64,000 bases of DNA. Origin: an uncultured bacterium. Lineage in GTDB: Bacteria > Patescibacteriota > Dojkabacteria > J137. The position numbers and the translations under genes were made by a program. The notes under the pieces were generated by a model. The model was not told the origin of the DNA. It did no database searches and was given only the letters and a program-made list of their open reading frames with translations. The stretch lies in NCBI GenBank assembly GCA_963700155.1, contig OY969472.1:1000690-1064689 (forward strand). The letters are read 5' to 3'. Shown one piece after another: positions 9,497 to 19,479 of the stretch. Every line of letters begins with the position of its first letter. Within the stretch, counting starts at the first letter, position 1.

Positions 9497-10311
9497 ACTT
9501 CAATAGAACCTGGCAGATGAGGAAACAAGCTATTCATAACTTGATCAAAGATTAATTCGCGAAAAGGACTACCTAGTTCTTCCAACGGGAAAGTAATTCC
9601 AGTAATTGGTGAAGCAGCTTCTATCATAATTTCTGGGTAATCATATTCTTCACTTCCTGGAATATATGATGCTAAATCATGTTTATATTCAAATTTTACA
9701 AAAATTGTTACAGGTATACTTCCAAAAGAGGAATGTCTTGTGTCCTTAGAATATTCACTGAATAGTTCATCTATTCTACTATAAAGATTTTTTATTAGTT
9801 GCTGATTGAAATAATTCAAGTTTCTATTAGTTCCACCTGGTAATACTTCTCCATTGTCGAGTATTCTTATGCTCCAAAGATTACAATCTATATAATTTGA
9901 AATAACATCTTTACGATTTTCAACGACTCCATTTAAAATTGTTTCAATAAAATTTTTAGCTTGTTCTGATGATATGATTTTTGTTGGTTGATGAGCATTA
10001 TTTAACATTAATACTCCATTTTCATCAAAAACATTAGAGAAGTTATTATCAGAAGAAGTTCCTGCTGAACATGTATAAGATTTTTGTTGTTCAGGAACTA
10101 GAAAATTTAAAAATTCTTCATCCGAATGAAAATTATTTAAAAGTATTAATGCTGACTGATCTTTAGTAACTTCTTTTAATTGATCTAATAAAGATTGGTT
10201 ATCGTTTGATGGTCTTTGTATAAATAATGACAAAATTAGTGTAAATAAAATTGGAAGACTCCAAATAGGAACTCTTGTTTTTTGATATTTTTTTTCTAAA
10301 GTATCCTTCAT
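9493..10311 (-). CDS. Hypothetical protein with N-terminal membrane anchor
   Basis: 272-aa ORF with a hydrophobic segment at about residues 14-31. Confidence 0.7.
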   Translation of the reverse strand: MKDTLEKKYQKTRVPIWSLPILFTLILSLFIQRPSNDNQSLLDQLKEVTKDQSALILLNNFHSDEEFLNFLVPEQQKSYTCSAGTSSDNNFSNVFDENGVLMLNNAHQPTKIISSEQAKNFIETILNGVVENRKDVISNYIDCNLWSIRILDNGEVLPGGTNRNLNYFNQQLIKNLYSRIDELFSEYSKDTRHSSFGSIPVTIFVKFEYKHDLASYIPGSEEYDYPEIMIEAASPITGITFPLEELGSPFRELIFDQVMNSLFPHLPGSIEV

Positions 10312-10385
10312 TGCGTGAATTATATCACGGGTATTGATTTCTGATGTATAATCATTAGAATAAGATTTAACTAAATTGAACTAAA

Positions 10386-10979
10386 ATGAATGATATTAGA
10401 AGTGAAAGATATTCAGCTAAACATGATCCATACAAAATTTTCTATGATTTAGGCTTAATGTTGAATGGACAATCAGGTACTACTGGTGTATTTTCTGATC
10501 CAGCTAAAAGGATAAATATAGTTGATGCATTGGAGGAAGATGAAATTTTATCTTCAAAAAAGTTAACAGAATTGGTAGCTTATAATTTGTGGTATAGACT
10601 TCAAATCATATTTGCTAATAATCTTGACATAAATTTAGAAGGAACAAGATTGTTGATGGCGCCAAATCCGGATACTAACGGATTTGGCGCCCAGTTAAAT
10701 GATTTTTTAATTGCAGCTAAGGATTTAGTAATTTTTCAAAATTACTATAAACAGATTCTTGATAAACTAGACGAATTGCACAGTGATTATTATCATAGAG
10801 TTGAGAAGTTTTTCACAGTAGAAAGGGTAAGTTTTAATAAAAGAGTTTTACAATTAGTTAAAGAATATCTTGAATATTTAGTTAAGAATAACTTTTATAA
10901 GGTTGAAGAAGTAATTTATAATATTCAAGATGTTATAGAATTAATAGATCAGTATTTTGAAGATAATTCTGAAATTTAA
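10386..10979 (+). CDS. Hypothetical protein
   Basis: 197-aa ORF ending 3 nt before prfB. Confidence 0.7.
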   Translation: MNDIRSERYSAKHDPYKIFYDLGLMLNGQSGTTGVFSDPAKRINIVDALEEDEILSSKKLTELVAYNLWYRLQIIFANNLDINLEGTRLLMAPNPDTNGFGAQLNDFLIAAKDLVIFQNYYKQILDKLDELHSDYYHRVEKFFTVERVSFNKRVLQLVKEYLEYLVKNNFYKVEEVIYNIQDVIELIDQYFEDNSEI

Positions 10980-10982
10980 ATT

Positions 10983-12077
10983 ATGTATGAAGAAATAAAA
11001 AAACTTAAAAAAAGAATAGAATCAATAAGATCTAAAAAAGATCTAACTTTGCTTATATCTGAAAGAGATGAATTGGAAAAAGAATCTATGTCGCCGAGTT
11101 TTTGGCAGGATAACGAAAATGCCCAACTTACTATGCAAAAACTCGGCGACATTAAATCAGAAATTAATAAAGTTGAAGAACTCGAGAGACATATCAAAGA
11201 TCTTGAAGATATGGCTTCTGAGATTTCGCATGAAGAAGATTCAGATGAAGTCGATCAAGAGCTTAATAAGATGGTTAGTGATGATATAAATAAATTAGAA
11301 AAAGAAATTGAAGAAACTGAATTAACAACTTTTCTTTCTGGAAAATTTGATAGAAATAATGTGATTATGAAAGTCATAGCAGGACAAGGAGGTACAGAAG
11401 CTTGTGATTGGGCTTCAATGGTTTTTAGAATGTATTTACGATTCGCAAATTCAAAAGGATGGAAGGTTACGGTTTTAGATCAGGTTGATGGAACTGAAGC
11501 TGGTATTGCTAGTGTTGAATTTGAAATTGATGGTCTTTATGCATATGGATATTTAAAACATGAACATGGTACTCATAGATTAGTTAGGAATTCTCCATTT
11601 AATGCACAAGGATTAAGACAAACTTCATTTGCAGGAGTTGAAGTATTACCGGTTGTTGATGAGGATATAGATATTGACATTCCTGAGAGTGATATTGAAT
11701 TTTCTGCAGTTCGTAGTAGTGGTGCTGGTGGTCAGAATGTTAATAAAGTGGCTTCAAAAGTTAGAATTTTACATAAACCTTCTGGAATAATTATTGAATC
11801 TTCAGTACATAGAAAACAATTCCAGAATCGAGATGCTGCAATGAGGCTTCTTAAAGCAAGACTTTATGAAATAGAAGAATCAAAACATAAAAGTGAACTT
11901 GCAACACAAAAAGGTGAATATAAAGTTGCTGGCTGGGGAAATCAGATAAGAAATTATGTTATGCAACCTTATAAATTAGTTAAAGATGTTAGGACAGGTA
12001 TAGAAACTTCAAATATTGAATCAGTTCTTGACGGCGATTTGCAACAGTTTATTGATGCTGAGGTAAGAAAACTTTAA
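10983..12077 (+). CDS. prfB: Peptide chain release factor 2 (single uninterrupted frame)
   Basis: SPF specificity tripeptide (RNSPFN), GGQ motif, WGNQIRNY. Confidence 0.97.
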   Translation: MYEEIKKLKKRIESIRSKKDLTLLISERDELEKESMSPSFWQDNENAQLTMQKLGDIKSEINKVEELERHIKDLEDMASEISHEEDSDEVDQELNKMVSDDINKLEKEIEETELTTFLSGKFDRNNVIMKVIAGQGGTEACDWASMVFRMYLRFANSKGWKVTVLDQVDGTEAGIASVEFEIDGLYAYGYLKHEHGTHRLVRNSPFNAQGLRQTSFAGVEVLPVVDEDIDIDIPESDIEFSAVRSSGAGGQNVNKVASKVRILHKPSGIIIESSVHRKQFQNRDAAMRLLKARLYEIEESKHKSELATQKGEYKVAGWGNQIRNYVMQPYKLVKDVRTGIETSNIESVLDGDLQQFIDAEVRKL

Positions 12078-12733
12078 GCAGCCTTAGGCATATCTTCTGG
12101 CTTATTCTCTGGTGCGGGTTCTACTGGTGTTGGTGGCACAGGTGCAGCTGGTGGTGGCACAGGAGCAGTAGGTATTGGTGTAACAGGTGGAGTTACAGGC
12201 ATAGGTTGTTCTTGAGTAGGTGGTGTTGGTGGCATTGTCCCTTCTGGTTTCGGAGGTTCAGCTTCGTTTGTACTATTTGAGATTTTCTTTCCATTAAATG
12301 CATCCTCAACCGTTTGAAGTAATTCTTCAGGTTCAGTATCTATTTTCAACTTATAACCAATAGCTCCTAATTTGATTGCTTCTTGTATTGCAATATCACC
12401 ACCAATATTTGTGAGCATTATTACAATAGGATTTCCATACTTAGCAGCATCTCCTTTTATAGTTGCTAGAGTGTCTACACCATCTAGGTTAGGCATTACA
12501 ATATCTAAAAGTATCAAATCAAACTTTAACTTTTCATCCTTCTCTAAGGCCTCATTTCCATCACTTGCAACATCAACTTCGTAGTTTGGATTAGTTTTTA
12601 ATAATTCTGCAAATAATTCACGTGCATCTGGTTCATCATCAACTACAAGAATTTTCTTTTTGATTCCCATTGATGGGTTACTAGAAGGATTTTGTAATTG
12701 TGTTACTTGTGTTGAATTATTGCTATCGTTCAT
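12074..12733 (-). CDS. Stand-alone response regulator receiver protein with Pro-rich C-terminal tail
   Basis: ILVVDD, LLDIVMP (phosphoacceptor Asp), MLTN and conserved Lys; no output domain. Confidence 0.9.
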   Translation of the reverse strand: MNDSNNSTQVTQLQNPSSNPSMGIKKKILVVDDEPDARELFAELLKTNPNYEVDVASDGNEALEKDEKLKFDLILLDIVMPNLDGVDTLATIKGDAAKYGNPIVIMLTNIGGDIAIQEAIKLGAIGYKLKIDTEPEELLQTVEDAFNGKKISNSTNEAEPPKPEGTMPPTPPTQEQPMPVTPPVTPIPTAPVPPPAAPVPPTPVEPAPENKPEDMPKAA

Positions 12734-12875
12734 AAAATTATTCGAAATTAATTATTACCATTATATTACAAATATCCCTTTTTAAATGCAACTTTTTTCG
12801 CAAATGATATAATATTTAGCTGTTATTTATATAAAATAATATGCTAATCTAATTTATAACTTAAAGATTACTTAG

Positions 12876-14369
12876 ATGTCAGAGGTAAGAACAAGAATTG
12901 CACCAAGTCCAACAGGAGGTCTTCATATCGGTCATATGAGAACAATTCTTTTTGATTATGCTTTAGCAAAAAAAAATAATGGGAAATTTATAATTAGAAT
13001 TGAAGATACAGATCAAAATAGGTATGTAGAAGGAGCTGTAGAAAATTTATTAAATGTAATTGAAGAATATGGTATTAAGTGGGATGAAGGGCCAAGAATT
13101 GGTGGAAAGTTTGCGCCATATGTTCAATCTGAGAGATTAGATTTATATAAAAAATATGCTGAGAAGTTAGTAGAACAAGACGATGCTTACTATTGCTTTT
13201 TAAATGAAGAAGAAACTAAGAGTCTTCAAGAACAATTCAGGATTGATGGTAAAAAGTTTAGATCTCCATACCGCAATACTTCTAAGGAGGAAATTCAAAA
13301 TCTTTTAAATGAAAACAAACCCTATGTAATTAGACTTAAAGTGAAGGAGGGGCAAAACTTAACATTTACAGATGAGATATTGGGGCAAATTTCGTTCAGT
13401 ACAAATGAAGTTGATGATCAAATATTATTAAAAAGTGATGGATATCCAACATATCACTTGGCAGTTGTTATAGATGATCATTTGATGGAAATAACTCATG
13501 TCTTGAGAGGAAATGACTGGCTACCATCAACTCCAAAGCATATTTTGCTTTACAACGCATTTGGATGGGAACTTCCGAAATTTGCCCATTTGCCAAACTT
13601 AAAAGAAAAAGATAGTGGTAAAAAATTATCAAAGAGATTTGGTGCAGTATTTGCAATACAATTTTTAGAATCTGGATATCTTCCAGAGGCTCTTAATAAT
13701 TTCTTAATGCTTTTAGGCTGGTCTTCACCGCTTGAAAGAGTTCATGGTGAAAAGGAAAGAGAGTTATTTACTTTAAATGAATTTGTTGAATTATTTTCTT
13801 TAGATCATGTACAGAAAACAGCATTAGTATCTTTTGATAGAGAAAAGCTGAAATGGTTTAATCAACAGTATTTGAAAAATCTTTCTGATGATGAATTAAA
13901 AACGAGATTTTTCAGTTGGATGAATAAATATATGAAGGATAATTCAAGTTTTCATAATATTAAGAATGATCTTAAAAAAAATATCTTATCTGAGAAATTA
14001 AAATTAGTGAAGGAAAGATCTGTAACATTTTCTGATGTCTTAAACTCTATTGAATTCTTTTACAAAAAACCAAAAGATATTGATTGGAACATAAAACAGA
14101 CTGAGAACTTTCAAGATAAAATTAAAATATTACTTGAAAATATTAAAGATTTATTTGAGAATATGGGAAATGATACGAGTACATGGGATAATGGGAAATG
14201 GGTTGAAGATATGAAGAAGATATCCCAAATTTATAATTTAAAAGGCGGAGATTCATTTATGGCTTTGAGATTAGCGATTATCGGAGGACCATTCTCTCCA
14301 CCATTGTTTGAAGTACTCCAAATACTTGGTAAAGATGAAATTATTACAAGAATAAAAGATTCCATATAA
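12876..14369 (+). CDS. gltX: Glutamate--tRNA ligase
   Basis: RIAPSPTG, HIGH, RIEDTD, KLSKR. Confidence 0.97.
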   Translation: MSEVRTRIAPSPTGGLHIGHMRTILFDYALAKKNNGKFIIRIEDTDQNRYVEGAVENLLNVIEEYGIKWDEGPRIGGKFAPYVQSERLDLYKKYAEKLVEQDDAYYCFLNEEETKSLQEQFRIDGKKFRSPYRNTSKEEIQNLLNENKPYVIRLKVKEGQNLTFTDEILGQISFSTNEVDDQILLKSDGYPTYHLAVVIDDHLMEITHVLRGNDWLPSTPKHILLYNAFGWELPKFAHLPNLKEKDSGKKLSKRFGAVFAIQFLESGYLPEALNNFLMLLGWSSPLERVHGEKERELFTLNEFVELFSLDHVQKTALVSFDREKLKWFNQQYLKNLSDDELKTRFFSWMNKYMKDNSSFHNIKNDLKKNILSEKLKLVKERSVTFSDVLNSIEFFYKKPKDIDWNIKQTENFQDKIKILLENIKDLFENMGNDTSTWDNGKWVEDMKKISQIYNLKGGDSFMALRLAIIGGPFSPPLFEVLQILGKDEIITRIKDSI

Positions 14370-14374
14370 CTATC

Positions 14375-15475
14375 ATGACTAAAGATTTTGCATCAAAAAG
14401 ATACAGTACTTTTTCTTCGGCAAAGGAACAGAATGTTAAGAAGAAATTTAAAGTGAAGGATATACTAAGACTTGGTCAATTCCTGAAACAAAAAACTGTC
14501 AGTAGAATGTTTTGGGGAAGAAGTAGTTTTTATAAGAATGTAACACAATTTTTGATGTTAGGAATTACTGTTTTTATAGCTGTTAGCGGATTATCTAATA
14601 GAATTTCTGTATCAGCATCAACTAATTTAGCAGTTGGTAATGAGATTGTTGGATCAAATGATCTTTTACCCCAAGGTGGTTCAATTGATACAGTACTAGT
14701 AAGTTATGCTGGAGGAATTGGGGCAATTGATCATCTTGTTAAATCTGGTGAGACATTAAATGATATAGCTTCTCTATACAAAGTAACTGTTGATACAATC
14801 AGATGGTACAATTCGGATTTAATTAGTCCTTTCAGTAATGATATTCAGGAAGGTTGGGATTTGAAAATTCCTGCATTTGAAGGACAACCTATTAATGGAG
14901 TTTTATATACAGTAAAAGCTGGTCAAACATTAGATGATGTTGTGAATATAACTAGTTCGAATAATAGCGAGTCTAATATTTCAAATATTGTTGAATTTAA
15001 TGATCTTCCAAAACCTTATACATTAAAAGAAGGACAAAAATTATTTATTCCAGACGGGAATTTAATTAATAATAATTTGCAAGTAACGGGGATTCCAAGA
15101 GGCGTGTTTATTAATCCACTATCTAATCCTGAATGTGCAGGTTATAGTTTCTCAAGAGGATTTACTTATTATCATGATGGTGTTGATTTAGCTAGATGGC
15201 CGGGTTGTCCTGTTGAGGCAGTAGCAGCTGGAACTGTTATCTATGCAGGTTGGGAGAATCTTTCAGGATACTGTGTAAAGATTGATCATGGGGGCGGGAT
15301 CCAAACTAATTACTATCATGCTGAGACAGTTTATGTAAGGGTTGGTCAAAGAGTTCAACAAGGTGATATTATTATGAAAATGGGAGATACTGGAAATAGT
15401 ACAGGTACTCATTTACATATGTCTTTGTTTAAAGATCACATTGCAGTGGATCCCGCCCCATATGTTCCTTACTAA
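14375..15475 (+). CDS. LysM-containing M23 family peptidase
   Basis: TM segment, two LysM-like repeats (VKSGETL, VKAGQTL), HDGVD and HLH zinc motifs. Confidence 0.92.
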   Translation: MTKDFASKRYSTFSSAKEQNVKKKFKVKDILRLGQFLKQKTVSRMFWGRSSFYKNVTQFLMLGITVFIAVSGLSNRISVSASTNLAVGNEIVGSNDLLPQGGSIDTVLVSYAGGIGAIDHLVKSGETLNDIASLYKVTVDTIRWYNSDLISPFSNDIQEGWDLKIPAFEGQPINGVLYTVKAGQTLDDVVNITSSNNSESNISNIVEFNDLPKPYTLKEGQKLFIPDGNLINNNLQVTGIPRGVFINPLSNPECAGYSFSRGFTYYHDGVDLARWPGCPVEAVAAGTVIYAGWENLSGYCVKIDHGGGIQTNYYHAETVYVRVGQRVQQGDIIMKMGDTGNSTGTHLHMSLFKDHIAVDPAPYVPY

Positions 15476-15651
15476 TTTCTAAGTTTTTTAGGAACTTCTA
15501 AACCTTCTTCTTTTATTAATTTAATTATATTTGGAGTAAGTTCCCTGCAGCTGCAGTTTTTCGCATGTTCAACATGCCATTTTGCCCTTTGATGTTTTGT
15601 TGGATTTTTAGGCATTTTATTTGAGAGGTGCCACTCTTTATTTATTTTCAT
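15472..15651 (-). CDS. Small His/Cys-rich protein (59 aa), not in the ORF track
   Basis: MKINKEWHLSNKMPKNPTKHQRAKWHVEHAKNCSCRELTPNIIKLIKEEGLEVPKKLRN, preceded by a GGAGGT ribosome-binding site. Confidence 0.75.
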   Translation of the reverse strand: MKINKEWHLSNKMPKNPTKHQRAKWHVEHAKNCSCRELTPNIIKLIKEEGLEVPKKLRN

Positions 15652-15707
15652 TTAACCTCCAATTAATGAATAAATTTCTAAACAGAGTTAAATCTATTTA
15701 ATTATTT

Positions 15708-15902
15708 TGCCGGTCAGGGATTCGAACCCAGTCCTCTTTCCTGTTAGGAGAGAGGAATTGAGGAGTGAGGTCTAGGCAGAATTGCGGGACTAGGATTCGA
15801 ACCTAGATAAATGGTTCCAGAAACCATTGTCCTACCATTAGACGATCCCGCAATTCTGCCTAAATTAGCTCAAATTTTTAAAAATCATTAGACGAACCGG
15901 CA
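15708..15902 (-). pseudogene. 5' and 3' ends of a second tRNA (Gln-like) enclosing tRNA-Gln(CUG)
   Basis: Minus strand reads TGCCGGTTCGTCTAATG (15902-15886) and GGGTTCGAATCCCTGACCGGCA (15729-15708); the 7-bp acceptor stem TGCCGGT/ACCGGCA is perfect. Confidence 0.7.
15782..15852 (-). tRNA. tRNA-Gln (anticodon CTG)
   Basis: TGCGGGATCGTCTAATGGTAGGACAATGGTTTCTGGAACCATTTATCTAGGTTCGAATCCTAGTCCCGCAA forms a full cloverleaf with U1-A72; CCA not encoded. Confidence 0.95.
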
Positions 15903-15907
15903 GTTAG

Positions 15908-16741
15908 TTAGGTAATGCCATAAGTTATTGCAACTACAAGTAAAATAACAACAATATATTCAGTAATTACAGAACCGGATAATGTGTGCATTAACTTGTG
16001 ATGTATTATAGCAGTTGATATATAGAAAAGGAAAATGAGGCTAAGGCTTAGTTGAAGTGGATTAATAATAAATAGTGAGTTAAATGCAATGAAAAAACTA
16101 GCAACTGCTAGTGATGCAATTATAGAATAAAGTAAAGTTAGTTTTCTAAATTTACCTAACCTCCAGATCATTAACATTAAGATTAAGAAAGTAGTTAAGA
16201 ATGATAATGTGCTTAAGAGCAATAAATTGCCTTCAGTACTAAGATAATAGTTATCAAGAGTATTTATTATAAGGAAAAATATTAAGAACTTTATAATGTC
16301 ATAAACATAGTGTGTTCTATGCTCTATTACTTTCAAATCAAGTAGAAAAGCTTTTGTATTTATTAACAATATATAGAAAATTATAAATGTAATGAAGAGT
16401 ATGGCAATCAAATTCTGATTATCATAGTTGTAATATCCAAAAGCTAATAAGGAAAAGTAAAGAAGTATCGGTAAAATAAGTTTGTGAAAAAAATGCGATA
16501 ACTCATTAATTTCGTCTTCAATATCGAAATTAATTTCTACTTTAGAACTTTTACTTTGGTAAGTTGTGAATAGTTCAATACAGTAAATTAGTAATATCGC
16601 AAATGAAAAGACAACAAAATTCGAAATATTGTTATATCTATGAAGTTCTTCGATAGAAATATAAATACCCAGAGTTATTGCCAGAGCATAAAAAAATGAA
16701 CTTAAGTTCCGAACAAATGGAAATTTTGAATTTTTGAACAT
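15908..16741 (-). CDS. Polytopic membrane protein, hypothetical
   Basis: 277 aa with about nine hydrophobic segments. Confidence 0.75.
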   Translation of the reverse strand: MFKNSKFPFVRNLSSFFYALAITLGIYISIEELHRYNNISNFVVFSFAILLIYCIELFTTYQSKSSKVEINFDIEDEINELSHFFHKLILPILLYFSLLAFGYYNYDNQNLIAILFITFIIFYILLINTKAFLLDLKVIEHRTHYVYDIIKFLIFFLIINTLDNYYLSTEGNLLLLSTLSFLTTFLILMLMIWRLGKFRKLTLLYSIIASLAVASFFIAFNSLFIINPLQLSLSLIFLFYISTAIIHHKLMHTLSGSVITEYIVVILLVVAITYGIT

Positions 16742-16838
16742 ATTGCTCTTTTAATTTACTTCTTTTTCAAATAATATTATTCTATTCGTATATTGAATTA
16801 TAAGTGTATTATATAAAAAATCAATTTAAAATTCCAAA

Positions 16839-17933
16839 ATGATTAACTTCTTTATACCAACTCAAAAAAATGGCTACAAGGCTTATTTAATGAAGACACC
16901 TGTTTTATTATTATTTGTTTTTATTATTGCTTCTTTTAACTTCGTAGTTAAGGTTAATGTTAACGCTCAATCTAATAGTCAGGAAATAAATACTGAAAAT
17001 CTTTTAAATGCTCATAATCGACAAAGAACGAATTTAAGAATTAAAGAATTGACATTAGATGCAAAACTTGAACAATCTGCTCAAAATAAAGCTAATGCAT
17101 TATTGGAGAGTAATTGTTGGTCTCATTACTGTCCAGATGGGAAATCACCATGGGATTTTTTTAAAGATGCAGGATATGACTTTGTAATTGCAGGAGAAAA
17201 TTTAGCTGAAGGCTTTTTTAATATCGATGATGTAATGACTGCTTGGATGAACAGTAAAACACATAGAGATAATATCTTAAATGCTGATTATAAGGATGTC
17301 GGCTTTGGAATTGCAAAAGGAAATTATCAAGGATTACAAAATAATATTATAGTTGTTGCTCATTTTGGTTCAACTTCAGCCGACATCCTGGCAGATCAAA
17401 GTAAACAACTATTAGTAACTTTTCCAAAGGATGATTCAACTTTAAATCAAAATAATACAAATGTAGAAGGTGTTGTTAAGGATTTGAGTGAAGTAAATAT
17501 ATTCTTAAATGGTTTAAATGATGGGAAAGCAAGTATAGATAATGGATTCTTCACATATAATTTGAAAAGTTTAAGAGAAGGCTCTAACTTTATTTATGCA
17601 GAAAGTCCATTAGAATTGGGTTTATCAAAAGATTCTAATGTTGTTAAAGTTACTTATGATCCTACCTTTGTTTCGGATAATATTAATCAATCAATTTCAG
17701 TTGATTTTAATAGTTTAACTTCTACTCCCCAATTAAAAAATTTAATTAATTTAATGTTCATTGTTGGACTTGGATCGCTCTTTCTATTAGACTTTTTAGT
17801 ATTATCTAGAACAAAGATTTTAGGTGAAAAAAGATCATTGACTCACTATCATTTTGGATTATTCATTATTTTAGCTATAATTGTCCTTGCAGGTGGTTTT
17901 GCTGGTACTTTAGGTCAAGCTTTAAGTATTTAA
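16839..17933 (+). CDS. CAP (SCP/CRISP) domain membrane protein
   Basis: HNRQR, WSH, AGENLA, WMNSKTHRDNIL; Ig-like region and C-terminal TMs. Confidence 0.9.
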   Translation: MINFFIPTQKNGYKAYLMKTPVLLLFVFIIASFNFVVKVNVNAQSNSQEINTENLLNAHNRQRTNLRIKELTLDAKLEQSAQNKANALLESNCWSHYCPDGKSPWDFFKDAGYDFVIAGENLAEGFFNIDDVMTAWMNSKTHRDNILNADYKDVGFGIAKGNYQGLQNNIIVVAHFGSTSADILADQSKQLLVTFPKDDSTLNQNNTNVEGVVKDLSEVNIFLNGLNDGKASIDNGFFTYNLKSLREGSNFIYAESPLELGLSKDSNVVKVTYDPTFVSDNINQSISVDFNSLTSTPQLKNLINLMFIVGLGSLFLLDFLVLSRTKILGEKRSLTHYHFGLFIILAIIVLAGGFAGTLGQALSI

Positions 17934-17946
17934 TCTTTAAAAATTT

Positions 17947-19479
17947 ATGAAAAAATTAAAAATTCTAATTCCAATGCTGAGGAATGAACCTTTTGAATTT
18001 TTTATTTTTGATTTTTCAAGAAAAAATAATACCGCTTCAAACTTACTTTTAAAATATCTCTATTTTTTTGGTTATTCAATTTTTTTCTTAGGGTTATTCC
18101 TGATTTCTTTTTCCGGTGATTTTTATCAAAACATTGATAGTGAAACCTCAATACTGAAATATTTATTAATATTTTTACCTCTAATACTAGGTTTATATTT
18201 ATCTACGGTCGTTTTAAATGGTAAAAGACGAATTGTTGACCCTGAGTTCTTTCTTGCTGTATTACTTTTCGCACTAGGTACTACTTCAGCTGCTGTTCTA
18301 ACTTTAAATCCAAGTCTTAGTAATACTTTCGGATCTACAAGTATTAGAGCATTGAGTGGAATAGCTTTAATTTCTTTTATAATTCTCTTTTATTTAACAA
18401 ATATTTATATTCATAATAGAGTTTTGTTAAGAAGATCTATAAAATTATTACTTGCAGGTTTCATTTTATTCCTAATATTAAGGTTTTTAACACTACAATC
18501 AATTACTGACTCAGTTAATATAAATTTAATGCTGATTACCTTAGCAGGAATAGCTGTCTTAACTAAATCATCTATAAATTTACGCTGGTTTAAGATCTCT
18601 CTTATAATTATTTTATCTGTAATTGGAATATGGTCATATACGCATGATCAACTCGCAACAATAGGTTTAAGTTATGTTCTACTTCCATTATTTTTCGTAT
18701 TGTTAGTAATACTAATAGTTTTTTATTTTGCTAAAAGAAATTTCTTGAAAGTTATATTTAAAGGAAGTATGTCATTCTGGGAAGAAACTATGCATTCAAA
18801 AAAAGTTGATATTTTTAAATTTATAAAATATCTGATAGATTGGTTAATGTTGCTCTCTCCAATAATAGTATTGGTTGTATTTTTCCTAATAAACAGAGAT
18901 CAAAATATTCTTTTATCACTTCAAAGTCAATTTGAACAAAATTTAAAGTCATTTAATGTTATCTCTGATTTTTCAGCTGGTGTTAACTCTCAAACAATAA
19001 ACATCTTTTTATTTGGGAAAGGTTCAATGAGTTTAGTACCTTCAGATTCTTTGATTTCTAATGTGATCATTTCTCAAGGACTTTTAGGTCTAATTTCTTA
19101 CTTAGCAATTTTCCTTTATGCAATTTTAAATGGGATAAAGTGTCTTCTTAAAACTTTTAAGAAGGGAGGAAATTATACACTTCCATTATTTTTAGTATTT
19201 ATATTACTTTTAATCCCACTTGAGTCATTTTATTTTTATCCTGGTATGTTAATGCTTACCTTATGGTGGTTTGCTTTTGCTTTACTTTCAGTAAAATCAA
19301 AAATAAATAATAAAAAAGGATTAGTTAAACTTAATGATGAAGATATTGAAGTAAATGAGTTAAAAATAAAAGAAAGAAAATTGAGAGCCTATGTTAAATA
19401 TTTATTATTAATATTTATTTTTTCAGCTGATGCATACTTAGTTTACAATTTCATCCAGATTTTAACAAAAGCAATTTAA
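17947..19479 (+). CDS. Polytopic membrane protein (possibly O-antigen ligase-like)
   Basis: 510 aa with about 12 TM segments; FLFGKG and GLLGL segments give only a weak family hint. Confidence 0.6.
   Translation: MKKLKILIPMLRNEPFEFFIFDFSRKNNTASNLLLKYLYFFGYSIFFLGLFLISFSGDFYQNIDSETSILKYLLIFLPLILGLYLSTVVLNGKRRIVDPEFFLAVLLFALGTTSAAVLTLNPSLSNTFGSTSIRALSGIALISFIILFYLTNIYIHNRVLLRRSIKLLLAGFILFLILRFLTLQSITDSVNINLMLITLAGIAVLTKSSINLRWFKISLIIILSVIGIWSYTHDQLATIGLSYVLLPLFFVLLVILIVFYFAKRNFLKVIFKGSMSFWEETMHSKKVDIFKFIKYLIDWLMLLSPIIVLVVFFLINRDQNILLSLQSQFEQNLKSFNVISDFSAGVNSQTINIFLFGKGSMSLVPSDSLISNVIISQGLLGLISYLAIFLYAILNGIKCLLKTFKKGGNYTLPLFLVFILLLIPLESFYFYPGMLMLTLWWFAFALLSVKSKINNKKGLVKLNDEDIEVNELKIKERKLRAYVKYLLLIFIFSADAYLVYNFIQILTKAI

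Noticed and set aside
10983-11100. Programmed +1 frameshift in prfB
   Set aside because: The frame is continuous with no CTT-TGA slippery site; frameshift-less prfB is common
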